A DNA stretch of 32,000 bases from Promethearchaeum syntrophicum (GCF_008000775.2 NZ_CP042905.2:3780001-3812000); one strand, 5' to 3'. Positions 17,895-27,707 are shown, counted from the first letter of the stretch. The notes: generated from the letters alone by a model not told the origin. Program-made: numbers and translations.

Positions 17895-20420
17895 CTATTC
17901 AGTTAGCATTCTTCTAAGGATTTTTCCAACGAAAGATTTTGGAAGTTCCTCACGAAATTCAATCTCCCAAGGTACCGCATATTCTTCAAGATGAGTTTTA
18001 CAAAGTTCTAGTAATTCTTCTTTAGTGAGTGTGGTACCTGGGCGAGGCACTACAAAAGCCTTTATTTTCTGATTACCTTCATTTACTTCTCCAGATGAAC
18101 CACTTTGAATGCCTACAACTGCTACTTCTAATACGTTACTATTTTCATATAGGACTTCTTCGACATCTCTAGGGTAAACACTAAATTCCCCAGCCATTAT
18201 TGTGTCACGTTTTCTGCTAATAATTTTGAAAAACCCATTTGGGTCCATTATTGCGACATCTCCAGTAAATAACCAACCATCTTTAATGACATTTTTCGTT
18301 TCAATTGTACCATCGGGTCGCCAATATCCCTTCATAACTTGTGGACCTTTAACAACCATCTCTCCAATTTGCCCAGGAGGGAGATCAGAACGGTTAATTA
18401 AACCTACGATTTTCGCATCAGTATTTGGAATCGGAATTCCAATCGAACCAACTTTTCTTTCTCCTACAAGTGGATTAATATGAGTTACAGGTCCTGCCTC
18501 GGTTAATCCGTATCCTTCAACCAATTGCCCTTTAGTCAATTTTTCAAATGCTTCCTGAACCTCTACAGGAAGAGGAGCTGCACCGCTAACACATGCTTTG
18601 ATAGATGATAACCCGTAAGACCTTGCATTAGGTGTACTATTTATTGCCATATAAATCGAAGGTACTCCTGGGAAAACAGTTGGTTCATATTTTTTAATAT
18701 GTTCTAAAACTTGTCCCATCTCAAATACGGGCAATAATACGATTTTTGCCCCTAAAGCTATAGCTATGTTCATAGCTATGGTCATTCCATAAGAATGAGT
18801 GAGTGGAATCACAGCTAAGAAGGTTTCTTTTCCCCATTTCAAATTTGGAATCCAATGACGAGTTTGAATTGTATTTGCAACTAAATTTTTATGAGACAAA
18901 CATACTCCTTTTGGAATATCGGTAGTTCCACTTGTGAATAAAATGGCCGCAAGATCTTCGCTTAAAACCTTTATATTTAGAGGTTCATCGGAAACATCCT
19001 TAATCATTTGACTCATCATATTTGGATTATCTACTTTTTTTTGAATTCCACCTATTTTAAACCCTGCTGCCTCCCAACGTGCAACAAGTTGCTTATAAAC
19101 GCGGCTTGAAACCACTTTTCGGAGTTCTGTGACAATTACTTTTATAGGAAATTGTTTCTGGATAATTTTTGTTAACCCATAAAACTCTTGCAATGTAATG
19201 ATCACTTTTGCTTGAGTTTGAATAATTTGCTTTAGAATTGCTGGACCATCCGCATCTGGATTTGAAAGCACAACAACTCCACCAATTTTTAGTGTCGCAT
19301 AATACGCAATTATCATCTGTGGAGTGTTTGGTAATATAATCATCACTCTATCTCCCTTTTTAACTCCTAATCCATGTAAAACATGACTAAATTGATTTAC
19401 TAACTTGTTTAATTGTGAATAAGTTAACTTTGAACCATAGAAAATTGTTGCAATTCTATGTGGAATCCAATTTGCTGCAGTTTCGAGGAATTTAAAGAGA
19501 GGTTGATTGGGAATAGGCACTGTTAAAGGAGTATAATCGCCATAACTTTTTAACCAAGGGCGATAATCAATAGGGGATAGCGAGCTTCCTTCTTCTCTCC
19601 ATGAAAGACGTTGTCCCCCTTCAATAAATCTTTCTATTGCCCGATTGACTGCCTTATGGCGTTCTAATTGAACTTTATGTTTAGAAGCTCCTACGTCAAT
19701 TATTTGAGCTCCCGGGACACTATTTGCTAAATCTTCAAAGACCCAACGTGGGAAGTATTTATCTCGAGCACCCATAATAACAAGAGATGTTGTCGAAATA
19801 TTTTTAATTAAATCCCAACCTTTCCAATGTTTCATGTTATTTGCCATCATTCTCTTTAAAACATGAACTTCGGCGTTCCATTTAGGCCTAAATCGCCAAA
19901 ATGGCTTATATACCCAAGTAGGAATTTTTTCAACAATTTTTGATGCTTTGTTTAAAGGATACTCTCCACCTGTAGATAAAAGTATTAATTTTTCTAATTG
20001 TTCGGGATGTGCATTCGCGTATTCAACGCAAATTGATCCTCCGAATGAATGCCCAATTAATATGAATTTTTCAGGAAGCTTCAGAGCTTTAGAAACCGTA
20101 TATATATCTTCAACCAATTCTTGCATAGTATATTCTGAATATGGTGCATCGCTTTGACCATGTCCACGGAGGTCGGGAATCACAACGCGAAACTCTTTTG
20201 CAAAGTAATTAATTTGATATTCCCAAGTTTCGGCACAACCTGCAAATCCATGAATAAAAACGATAGTTTTTTCTGCTTTTTCAGGGGAAATATCAATTAC
20301 ACTTAAATTTGCATCGGTTAAATTCTGTATGGGAATTTCTTTCCTATAAAGGCTAAAATCCAGCTGTATATCACGGTGCCCAAGACCACGTAGTTGTTTT
20401 TTCATATTATTCTTCCACAA
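17895..20420 (-). CDS. Fusion: N-terminal alpha/beta-hydrolase and C-terminal long-chain acyl-CoA ligase
   Basis: N-terminal FIHGFAGCAETW, GHSFGG nucleophile elbow, GARDKYFP Asp, KHKVQLE His; C-terminal FTSGTTDIPKG, GYGLTEAGPV, FTGDVA, ISRKRD and C-terminal GKILRR Lys. Confidence 0.85.
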   Translation of the reverse strand: MWKNNMKKQLRGLGHRDIQLDFSLYRKEIPIQNLTDANLSVIDISPEKAEKTIVFIHGFAGCAETWEYQINYFAKEFRVVIPDLRGHGQSDAPYSEYTMQELVEDIYTVSKALKLPEKFILIGHSFGGSICVEYANAHPEQLEKLILLSTGGEYPLNKASKIVEKIPTWVYKPFWRFRPKWNAEVHVLKRMMANNMKHWKGWDLIKNISTTSLVIMGARDKYFPRWVFEDLANSVPGAQIIDVGASKHKVQLERHKAVNRAIERFIEGGQRLSWREEGSSLSPIDYRPWLKSYGDYTPLTVPIPNQPLFKFLETAANWIPHRIATIFYGSKLTYSQLNKLVNQFSHVLHGLGVKKGDRVMIILPNTPQMIIAYYATLKIGGVVVLSNPDADGPAILKQIIQTQAKVIITLQEFYGLTKIIQKQFPIKVIVTELRKVVSSRVYKQLVARWEAAGFKIGGIQKKVDNPNMMSQMIKDVSDEPLNIKVLSEDLAAILFTSGTTDIPKGVCLSHKNLVANTIQTRHWIPNLKWGKETFLAVIPLTHSYGMTIAMNIAIALGAKIVLLPVFEMGQVLEHIKKYEPTVFPGVPSIYMAINSTPNARSYGLSSIKACVSGAAPLPVEVQEAFEKLTKGQLVEGYGLTEAGPVTHINPLVGERKVGSIGIPIPNTDAKIVGLINRSDLPPGQIGEMVVKGPQVMKGYWRPDGTIETKNVIKDGWLFTGDVAIMDPNGFFKIISRKRDTIMAGEFSVYPRDVEEVLYENSNVLEVAVVGIQSGSSGEVNEGNQKIKAFVVPRPGTTLTKEELLELCKTHLEEYAVPWEIEFREELPKSFVGKILRRMLTE

Positions 20421-20637
20421 AAGTAGTTGAATGAGTGAACATTTTTACGACTTAATGCAAAACACTGACCAATGGAAGAATTCGTTATTGAAGTTTAAAA
20501 ATGCATTGCTGATAATTGAAAATCTGAAAGTTCATATTTTTCACGAAAAGAAATTTTAAAACTTTTTTAGGTCTTGCATTCCTTTTTAGTATTATACTTT
20601 TATTAAATTGGTTGCTTAATGGATTGCAGAAGGAAAA

Positions 20638-21459
20638 ATGAAATATTTATTTATATCCGCACACCCAGATGATTTAGAATTCAGCTGTGCTAACTTGATA
20701 CGATATCTAACTTCTAAAAAACACAGTGTTGAAATTCTATGTTTAACAAAAGGAGAATTTGGAACTTATGACGCGGAGTTAGTAGGCCCGAGTTTAGCTA
20801 AAGTTAGGGTGAAGGAACTTCAAAAAGCGGCAAAAATTAATGGAGTCCCTCAAGAAAAAGTTCATTTTGCAGATATTATCGATGGTTTTCTAAAGTTTAC
20901 TAGGAGTAATATTAAAATTGTTAAGGAATGGTTAAATCAAATTCAACCTGATATAATTTTTGCCCCCGAGGCTTATTATGCATATTATTGGCAACAAGAT
21001 CACATTAATTGTGGACGTTTATCGCATTATATTTTCTCATCATATCAAAAAGAATTAGTAAAACCGATAAAATCTTTATTCTTCTATGGAACTCTGAAAC
21101 CAAATTTTTGCTGGCCATTTAATGACCTTACTCTGGGTAAAGGTTCACTTTATCAGCATAAAAGCCAGTTATATTTTCTAAAATGGATGATTCCATTTTA
21201 TTCAATCGAAAAAATCAATTTTTATCGAAAAAAAGTCGGTAAATGGAACTATGTTGAACCTTATCGCCGGATCTCAAAAAAAAAAAACGGATTAAAGCCT
21301 TCCATATTTATTCAAGCAATTTTAGGAATTATCTCTCATCTACCATTTTTCAATCCAACAGGTGCGAGATATTATGTATCGAAAGGAAATTCATCTTTTG
21401 CCTTCACAGTTCGTAAATTAAGAAGCATCTATTACCCAAAAAAGAGCAAATATACATGA
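20638..21459 (+). CDS. PIG-L/LmbE-family deacetylase
   Basis: ISAHPDDLEFSCANLI zinc motif, CLTKGEFGTYD, QQDHINCG. Confidence 0.85.
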   Translation: MKYLFISAHPDDLEFSCANLIRYLTSKKHSVEILCLTKGEFGTYDAELVGPSLAKVRVKELQKAAKINGVPQEKVHFADIIDGFLKFTRSNIKIVKEWLNQIQPDIIFAPEAYYAYYWQQDHINCGRLSHYIFSSYQKELVKPIKSLFFYGTLKPNFCWPFNDLTLGKGSLYQHKSQLYFLKWMIPFYSIEKINFYRKKVGKWNYVEPYRRISKKKNGLKPSIFIQAILGIISHLPFFNPTGARYYVSKGNSSFAFTVRKLRSIYYPKKSKYT

Positions 21460-21619
21460 AAGGTAAGAATAAGATATTAGTTCTTAATCAGAAGATTGAT
21501 GAATTTTAATAATACAACTATCGTTTCAAGGTTCTCTTATTCGATTTAAATATTGAACGAATCCCTAGTTTGTGTAAATATGCACGATTAACAATTATCA
21601 AATAAAATAACAAAAAATT

Positions 21620-22609
21620 TTATGTTTTTAATCCTCGATCACTACGACGTTTTTGTTTTAAATAGGGAGATCTGGAGAGAACATAAAAACGGGCAATTGG
21701 TCTGAATAATTTTCCCCAAAATCGTTGATTTCTCACCTTCGCTTTAACTTGATTATAGTATTCTTTTAAAGTGGTTCTCTGAAATTTCAAAAATTTTTGA
21801 CTTTTATTGGTTGTCATATAACCACAATGAAAATCTCCAGTCGCAAATGCTTCATTTGGTAATTTTATTGTTCCCACACCAAAAAGATCAAGCATTTTTG
21901 AGAGATATTCACGGTAAGTTGTACGACATTGTTCTCCACCAGCAATATGCAATGTTTCATCCCATATATCTCTGCTTTCTACTGCATTAGCCAATGCCAA
22001 GCCTACATCCTTTGTATCACAAATTTCTAAGCAGGTATCAAGAGGTACGTCGTACATAATTGGGTCCAATTGTAATTTATCCATAGATGTTATATAAGAT
22101 AACCGAAATATCGCAAATTCTAAAGATGATTCTCGAATTAATGTCTCACATTTAATTTTTTGTTCAGCATAATGATCTCCTTTACTCGGTGTTAGGGGAT
22201 CGCTAAGTTTAATGTATGGATTTTTTAATCTATCGCCATAAACAGAAATAGAAGATGTAAATACTAATTTTGGTTTGTTTTGCTGCTTTTCTATTGCTTT
22301 TATTATATTAATTGTTCCACCTACATTTATTGATTCAGCAAATTCAGGGAGTTTATCTGCTAATGGAGGAATAATCCCTGCAACATGTAATACAACATCC
22401 ACACCCTTTACTGCTTGCTCAACCATTTTATAATCTCTTATATCACCCCATATTATTTCGAGGTTAGGATTTGAAAAATTTTTTGCTATTCGAGAATTCT
22501 TCTTATTGAAAATTTCAAATATTCTAATTAGATAATCCTTTTTAAGAAGTTCTTCAATTGTAGATAATCCAACATTTCCAAAAGCACCAGTTAATAGAAC
22601 TTTAATCAT
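21620..22609 (-). CDS. NAD(P)-dependent epimerase/dehydratase (extended SDR, 3beta-HSD-like)
   Basis: GAFGNVG Rossmann motif, VLHVAG, FTSSISVYG, YAEQK catalytic YxxxK. Confidence 0.85.
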   Translation of the reverse strand: MIKVLLTGAFGNVGLSTIEELLKKDYLIRIFEIFNKKNSRIAKNFSNPNLEIIWGDIRDYKMVEQAVKGVDVVLHVAGIIPPLADKLPEFAESINVGGTINIIKAIEKQQNKPKLVFTSSISVYGDRLKNPYIKLSDPLTPSKGDHYAEQKIKCETLIRESSLEFAIFRLSYITSMDKLQLDPIMYDVPLDTCLEICDTKDVGLALANAVESRDIWDETLHIAGGEQCRTTYREYLSKMLDLFGVGTIKLPNEAFATGDFHCGYMTTNKSQKFLKFQRTTLKEYYNQVKAKVRNQRFWGKLFRPIARFYVLSRSPYLKQKRRSDRGLKT

Positions 22610-22656
22610 TTAAATCTCCGATTTTAATATTATTGTTTTTAAAGGTAAAAAAAAAA

Positions 22657-22668
22657 TTTATATATTTT
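22657..22668 (-). promoter_or_regulatory. TATA-like element for the SDR gene
   Basis: Minus strand AAAATATATAAA about 50 nt upstream of ATG 22609; CGGAG lies just before the start codon. Confidence 0.45.
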
Positions 22669-22671
22669 CTT

Positions 22672-22698
22672 CTACATATAGAATATGTAGCCTACATA
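22672..22698. repeat. CTACATA/TATGTAG triple-motif array with perfect 8-bp hairpin
   Basis: CTACATAT-AGA-ATATGTAG (22672-22690) followed by C and CTACATA (22692-22698). Confidence 0.55.
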
Positions 22699-22866
22699 AA
22701 AATATTTGCATAATAATTTTAACGTTGTTTATTCAAACATTTCTCTAGTCTGTTCAACATATAGAGAATAATATTTTTTCAAAAAAGTAATATTCCATGT
22801 CGGCATATATTTTAAGTTAAATTTCAAGACAAAAGAGAAAAAAAAGAAAAATGTTACTAATATTTT

Positions 22867-23208
22867 TTATTCAGATTTTTTTAAGAAGGGTTTTTTATCT
22901 GCACGAAGGTGAGAGTCGCGATCAACTTTATTAGGTTCAGCAAGACGAGCAAAAGACGATTTCGAGATTTCATCTAATTCCTTATTGAATAAATTTTCTC
23001 TCTCTTGGTTTTTTTTACCTTTATTAAACTTGGTTTTAGAGGGTTTGGATTTAATTTTCTGAACGGTTTTTGTTTTTTTTTCTTTTAATTTATTTTTATT
23101 CTTTTCATTATTATCTTTAATTTTCTTTTCCCCTTCTTTATCTAATTTTACTTTTTTTTTTTGAGGGTTTTCAATTGCATCTTTTGATTCTTCGACCATA
23201 ATAATCAA
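22867..23208 (-). CDS. Small Lys-rich hypothetical protein
   Basis: 113-aa ORF, low-complexity K/E-rich, less biased C-terminus SFARLAEPNKVDRDSHLRADKKPF. Confidence 0.4.
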   Translation of the reverse strand: MIIMVEESKDAIENPQKKKVKLDKEGEKKIKDNNEKNKNKLKEKKTKTVQKIKSKPSKTKFNKGKKNQERENLFNKELDEISKSSFARLAEPNKVDRDSHLRADKKPFLKKSE

Positions 23209-23287
23209 TTTTAAATTTAAATATTAAAGTGTATCGATAATTACATATTTTGATATGCTAAATTTCATAAAATCCAGATTATGAAAA

Positions 23288-23464
23288 TCAAGGAACTTCT
23301 ATAAGAATATCAAATTGACTCAAAAAATCCTTAATTTCACACATTTCCTGTCGTTTCATATAACGTTCGATTGGATCGTCCATATTATTGAATTTTTCTA
23401 AAAGTTTTTGAAATTCTTCTTGTTTTTCAGATATATTTGCTGAGAATTTATTTGATTTTGACAT
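23288..23464 (-). CDS. Small helical hypothetical protein
   Basis: MSKSNKFSANISEKQEEFQKLLEKFNNMDDPIERYMKRQEMCEIKDFLSQFD; start chosen at the internal Met. Confidence 0.35.
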   Translation of the reverse strand: MSKSNKFSANISEKQEEFQKLLEKFNNMDDPIERYMKRQEMCEIKDFLSQFDILIEVP

Positions 23465-23878
23465 TAAAATACCCCACTTTTTATCATCAAACAAATTTGA
23501 AAAACATGAGTATTTAAAGCTAAAGGGAAGTCTAAGTCATCATTTTCGTGTTATTAAAATTAGTAAAAAATATTAAATATAAAATGAATCCGTGGTTGTT
23601 TTTACCGATTTGAAAACATGATTAAATAATTCTTTATCGGTTTTGTTCATTTCTTCATTTATTTTCAAAGAATCCGTTTCAGAGGTAAATTCAGGTGAAG
23701 TAAGGATACAATAGTAGTTATCTATTGTGTGGAGTGAAGGTAAGTATTTAGAGAAATGAACTAAGATTGGCTGCATGGTCATCAACTAATCTAAGTTATT
23801 TTGAGTTCAAATAAAAATGGGAAACCAATTATTGTCACTGATTAAAATTTATCTTCTTAAAAATCAATTATATGACTA

Positions 23879-24667
23879 ATGTCATTTGATATCGAGAAAT
23901 TTCTTGATAATCCTTCAATTAATTCAATTATTTTTTATCCACGTAGATACCCAAAACCCTCAAGTGAAAGTAAAAAAAATAAAATATTAGAATTTGAAAT
24001 TGCTAAGGGAATAAATATTGGAGGGATTTTTCATTTTAGATCTTATGAAAATCCATCAGTTCTTTTCTTTCATGGAAATGGGGAGATTGCCAATGATTAT
24101 TCATATTTTATTGATAAGTTCTTAGATTGTGGAATGAATATTGCGATAATGGATTATAGAGGATACGGTTTTTCTACAGGAACTCCCACTTTCATGAATT
24201 TAATTCAAGATGCGGTTCCAATTTACAATTTATTTCTCAAATGGATTACGGAAAATGGTTTTTCTCAATCTATATTTCTTTATGCACGTTCACTTGGAAG
24301 CATTCCAATAGCTGAGATCGCATCACACAATCCTATTAACGTAAAGGGTATAATTTTTGAAAGTTCGATTTGCGATACTTACAAAATTATGCGGTCTCTT
24401 TTTATGATTAATCTACCTGAATTTACTGAAGAAGCGATTAAACCTTGGTCAAATATTACAAGAATCGCTAAGATTAAAAAACCCGTATTAATTATTCATG
24501 GAACAAGAGATCATATTGTACCATTCTATCATGGAAAGTTAATTTTTGATCTAATTTCAGAAGATTTAGAGAAAAAAATAATACCAATTGAAAATGCGGG
24601 GCATAATGATATTCAAAATTTCGAAGATCTGTACTTTCCTGCAATAAAAAATTTCATTCAAATTTGA
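23879..24667 (+). CDS. Alpha/beta-hydrolase (serine aminopeptidase/BEM46-like)
   Basis: FFHGNGEIANDY, MDYRGYGFSTG, ARSLGSIP, IIHGTRDHIVP, NAGHNDI. Confidence 0.8.
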   Translation: MSFDIEKFLDNPSINSIIFYPRRYPKPSSESKKNKILEFEIAKGINIGGIFHFRSYENPSVLFFHGNGEIANDYSYFIDKFLDCGMNIAIMDYRGYGFSTGTPTFMNLIQDAVPIYNLFLKWITENGFSQSIFLYARSLGSIPIAEIASHNPINVKGIIFESSICDTYKIMRSLFMINLPEFTEEAIKPWSNITRIAKIKKPVLIIHGTRDHIVPFYHGKLIFDLISEDLEKKIIPIENAGHNDIQNFEDLYFPAIKNFIQI

Positions 24668-24744
24668 GTTAATTATTTTTTGCACTCCTATTTCTTGAAA
24701 AAAAATGGTAAAAGAAGAAATATTGTCCCTAATTAAAATGATTA

Positions 24745-25734
24745 ATGAATTCTAAAATACGATGGGGGATATTGGGTTGCGGTAAAATTGCACATGCTTT
24801 TGCTTTTTCTTTAAAAAATGTACCTGAAGCACAATTACTTGGTGTTGCATCTCGAACTCCGGGAAAAGCTCGAACATTCGGGGAGCATTTTGCAGTTGAA
24901 TATATATACACAACCTATGAAGAATTAGTTAATAATCCAAAAATTGATATCATCTATATTGCTACAACTCATAATTTTCATTACAAAAATATTTTACTTT
25001 GTCTTCAGGCGAATAAACCTGTTCTTTGTGAAAAAGCCTTTACACTTAATGCTAAACAAGCGGTTGAAGTAATTGAGATGGCAAGAGAAAAAAAAATCTT
25101 TTTAATGGAAGCCATGTGGATGAAATTTAACCCATGTATAGTAAAACTGCGTGAATTCTTAGCAGAAGGCATTGTTGGAGACATTCGTCTTATTAAAGCA
25201 GATTTCGGGGAAAAATTTCCACGTGATTTGAAAGATAGATTATTTAATATACATTTGGGTGGAGGCGCATTATTGGATTTAGGCATATACGCCATCTCAT
25301 TTGCTCGAATGATCTATGGCCATTCTCCAATATTGTACAAATCTGAGGCGTATATTGGAGAAACTGGAGTTGATGAAGAATCAGCCTACTTTCTTGAATA
25401 TGAAAATAAGAAATTAGCTATGCTTTATTCATCCAGCCGTATTGAAATGCCTAATGATGCAACTTTGTTTGGAACAAAAGGAATGATAAAACTCAAGGAT
25501 TTCTTCCACCCATCTAAAATCGAGTGGAAATTGAACGGAAAACGCAAAATTAAAACGATTGAAGTCCCATATGATCTTCCAGGGTACCAATATGAAATTT
25601 TAGAAGTCCACGATTGCCTAACAAACGGACAAATAGAAAGTAAAATCATGCCTTGGAGCGAATCTATTGAGAATATGAAGACAATGGATACATTAAGGAA
25701 ACAATGGGGTTTGAAATATCCAGAGGAGATATAA
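24745..25734 (+). CDS. Gfo/Idh/MocA-family oxidoreductase
   Basis: WGILGCGKIAHAFA, IATTHNFH, VLCEKAF, GGGALLDLGIYAI. Confidence 0.88.
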   Translation: MNSKIRWGILGCGKIAHAFAFSLKNVPEAQLLGVASRTPGKARTFGEHFAVEYIYTTYEELVNNPKIDIIYIATTHNFHYKNILLCLQANKPVLCEKAFTLNAKQAVEVIEMAREKKIFLMEAMWMKFNPCIVKLREFLAEGIVGDIRLIKADFGEKFPRDLKDRLFNIHLGGGALLDLGIYAISFARMIYGHSPILYKSEAYIGETGVDEESAYFLEYENKKLAMLYSSSRIEMPNDATLFGTKGMIKLKDFFHPSKIEWKLNGKRKIKTIEVPYDLPGYQYEILEVHDCLTNGQIESKIMPWSESIENMKTMDTLRKQWGLKYPEEI

Positions 25735-25817
25735 TTATAGTTCAACTAATTCAATGTTTTTTGAAAAAATTGAATTAATGAAAATTGAAATTTAAAAAAA
25801 AGGAATTAATATTAAGT

Positions 25818-27080
25818 CTATTCTTTTACTTCTTCTTGAATGGTTTCTAGCGTTTTACTTTTGGTTTCGTATTTATTCCAAATGAAACTTAAAAGAGGAA
25901 GTAAAATAATTACTGCTGCTACCACATAATACATTTGGAATGTTCCTAATGTAGCTGCTGATGCCACATCTGGTAATAATGCAGTCCCCAATAAAGGTCC
26001 TACAACATAGCCAATTCGAGAAAGTGTTAAGGCAAGACCTAACCCAGTAGCTCTTATTTTAGTTGCAAACATTTCGGTAATATATACTAATAAAAAGCCC
26101 AAAAAGCTTGCCATGAAGAAGTATGTTAAAATCAAGAAAACTGGTGAATACACAAATGCAAGTCCCAGTATACTGATTGCTGCACCTAAACTACAATAAA
26201 TTAAAGCGAAAATTCTTCCGAGTTTTTCCATTATAATACCTATGGTTAAGGCACCCAAAATTGTTGATAGACCAGCGAATGTGTAAGATGAAGTCCAAGT
26301 TTCGGCATCTAATCCAATTACATCTTGAAAATAAATTGATACAGTAGTTGTCATCATTTTAAAAGATGTATTCCAGAAAATATAGATCGCTCCTGAAATA
26401 ATAACAAATAACCAATCTCTCTTATTTAATAGTTTCACGCTTTCTTTGTAATTTCCCATTCGGGTCTTTAGATCTGCACGATCTGTTTCCCATCTTTTGG
26501 TTTCTTTCATAAAGAACCACATAACGAGTATTACCAATCCAAAAATACCAAATAATCCATACATCCAAGTCCACCCTAAATTTTCTGCAATAGGTATTCC
26601 AATTACCGCATAGAGAGGAATTAGTCCAATCAAAAATGCCACACTGCCATTAATTGCTCTGTTTTTTGCAGGGGATTCTTCAGAAATAGGAATGGTCCAG
26701 AGATTTACGTTTGTTCCTAAGATAAGGATTGCATAAAGAATAAAGAAAATCCAAACTGAAATATCACCAATCAAACCAATAAGTAATGCACTAACACTCA
26801 TTACTAATACTAAGATAAGAATCCCAATTTTGCGTCCCCATAGGTCTGCAAACCAGCTTAAAATGAACACTAAAAATGCGGCAATTCCAAAAATGCCTTG
26901 CCATAAAGTAAATTCAGGTAAGGTCATTCCGAATTCGGCAATGATATAGCCTACTGCATCTGTTTCAATTAAAGATAAATAATTATCAAGAAGTGCAATA
27001 AGCCCCATAAAAATGATCAAAAATGACATATAACCTTTTGATCTCATACGATCTTCGGCCATGGTATTTATTCTGACCAT
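25818..27080 (-). CDS. MFS transporter (sugar-porter-like)
   Basis: About 12 TM segments, SWFADLWGRKIG between TM2 and TM3, GxxxEKLGR repeat and ATKIRATGLG. Confidence 0.82.
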   Translation of the reverse strand: MVRINTMAEDRMRSKGYMSFLIIFMGLIALLDNYLSLIETDAVGYIIAEFGMTLPEFTLWQGIFGIAAFLVFILSWFADLWGRKIGILILVLVMSVSALLIGLIGDISVWIFFILYAILILGTNVNLWTIPISEESPAKNRAINGSVAFLIGLIPLYAVIGIPIAENLGWTWMYGLFGIFGLVILVMWFFMKETKRWETDRADLKTRMGNYKESVKLLNKRDWLFVIISGAIYIFWNTSFKMMTTTVSIYFQDVIGLDAETWTSSYTFAGLSTILGALTIGIIMEKLGRIFALIYCSLGAAISILGLAFVYSPVFLILTYFFMASFLGFLLVYITEMFATKIRATGLGLALTLSRIGYVVGPLLGTALLPDVASAATLGTFQMYYVVAAVIILLPLLSFIWNKYETKSKTLETIQEEVKE

Positions 27081-27139
27081 TTTATATATAAGACTATCTT
27101 TATTTAAATCAAAATATATCTATACAAAAAACATTAATT

Positions 27140-27625
27140 TTAGTTGTGGACGGAACAACCTTTCATTCCATTTTTTTCAAAATACTTCTGGTGATATTCT
27201 TCAGCAGGATAGAATTGAGTAGCTGCAACGATTTGAGTGACTATTGGTTTGGAATATAAATCAGTCTTCTCAATCGAATTCATTACTGATTTCGCCATTT
27301 CTGATTGTTCTTGAGTATGATAAAAAATCGCAGATCTATATTGGCTCCCTACATCAACACCTTGTCGATTCGGGGTTGTGGGATCATGATTCTTGAAAAA
27401 TGCATAAAGTAATTCTTCGTATGAAATAATACTTGGATCAAATATGATATCTACAGCTTCAGCATGGCCTGTATTTCTGGTACATACTTGTTGATAAGTA
27501 GGGCTCTTGGTTGTTCCACCAGTATAGCCTACTTCGGTTTTTACGACTCCTTTAATATTACTAAACATATATTCTACTCCCCAGAAACATCCTGCTGCAA
27601 AAGTAGCTTTTTCTTCTCTTGTCAT
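27140..27625 (-). CDS. msrA: Peptide methionine sulfoxide reductase MsrA
   Basis: FAAGCFWGVEYMF, GYTGG, GHAEAV, DVGSQYRSAIF, FYPAEEYHQKY. Confidence 0.95.
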   Translation of the reverse strand: MTREEKATFAAGCFWGVEYMFSNIKGVVKTEVGYTGGTTKSPTYQQVCTRNTGHAEAVDIIFDPSIISYEELLYAFFKNHDPTTPNRQGVDVGSQYRSAIFYHTQEQSEMAKSVMNSIEKTDLYSKPIVTQIVAATQFYPAEEYHQKYFEKNGMKGCSVHN

Positions 27626-27707
27626 TATACTAATAGGTATTTAAAAATTCAAAAATAATTGCCAAATCTTTCATAATTCAAATTAAGATTTAACTTATAA
27701 TTATTTT

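Noticed and set aside
14288-20157. Plus-strand ORFs 14288-14488, 16782-17060, 17172-17393, 18202-18483 and 19948-20157
   Set aside because: Antisense to supported minus-strand genes; no independent evidence.
17895-22609. OleBC-OleD olefin/beta-lactone pathway interpretation of the hydrolase-ligase fusion plus SDR
   Set aside because: OleB normally has an Asp nucleophile, while here it is Ser (GHSFGG). The ligase carries typical fatty-acyl-CoA ligase motifs (GSIGIPIPNTD, GYGLTEAG), and no OleA thiolase is present. Kept only as an architectural analogy.
13173-22609. Canonical lipid A (Raetz) pathway
   Set aside because: Only LpxL-like and LpxH-like members are visible; no LpxA, LpxC, LpxD, LpxB, LpxK or WaaA, so a true lipid A pathway is not supported.
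23573-23785. 70-aa ORF as a confident gene
   Set aside because: No motif, weak start context; retained only as part of the small-ORF finding.
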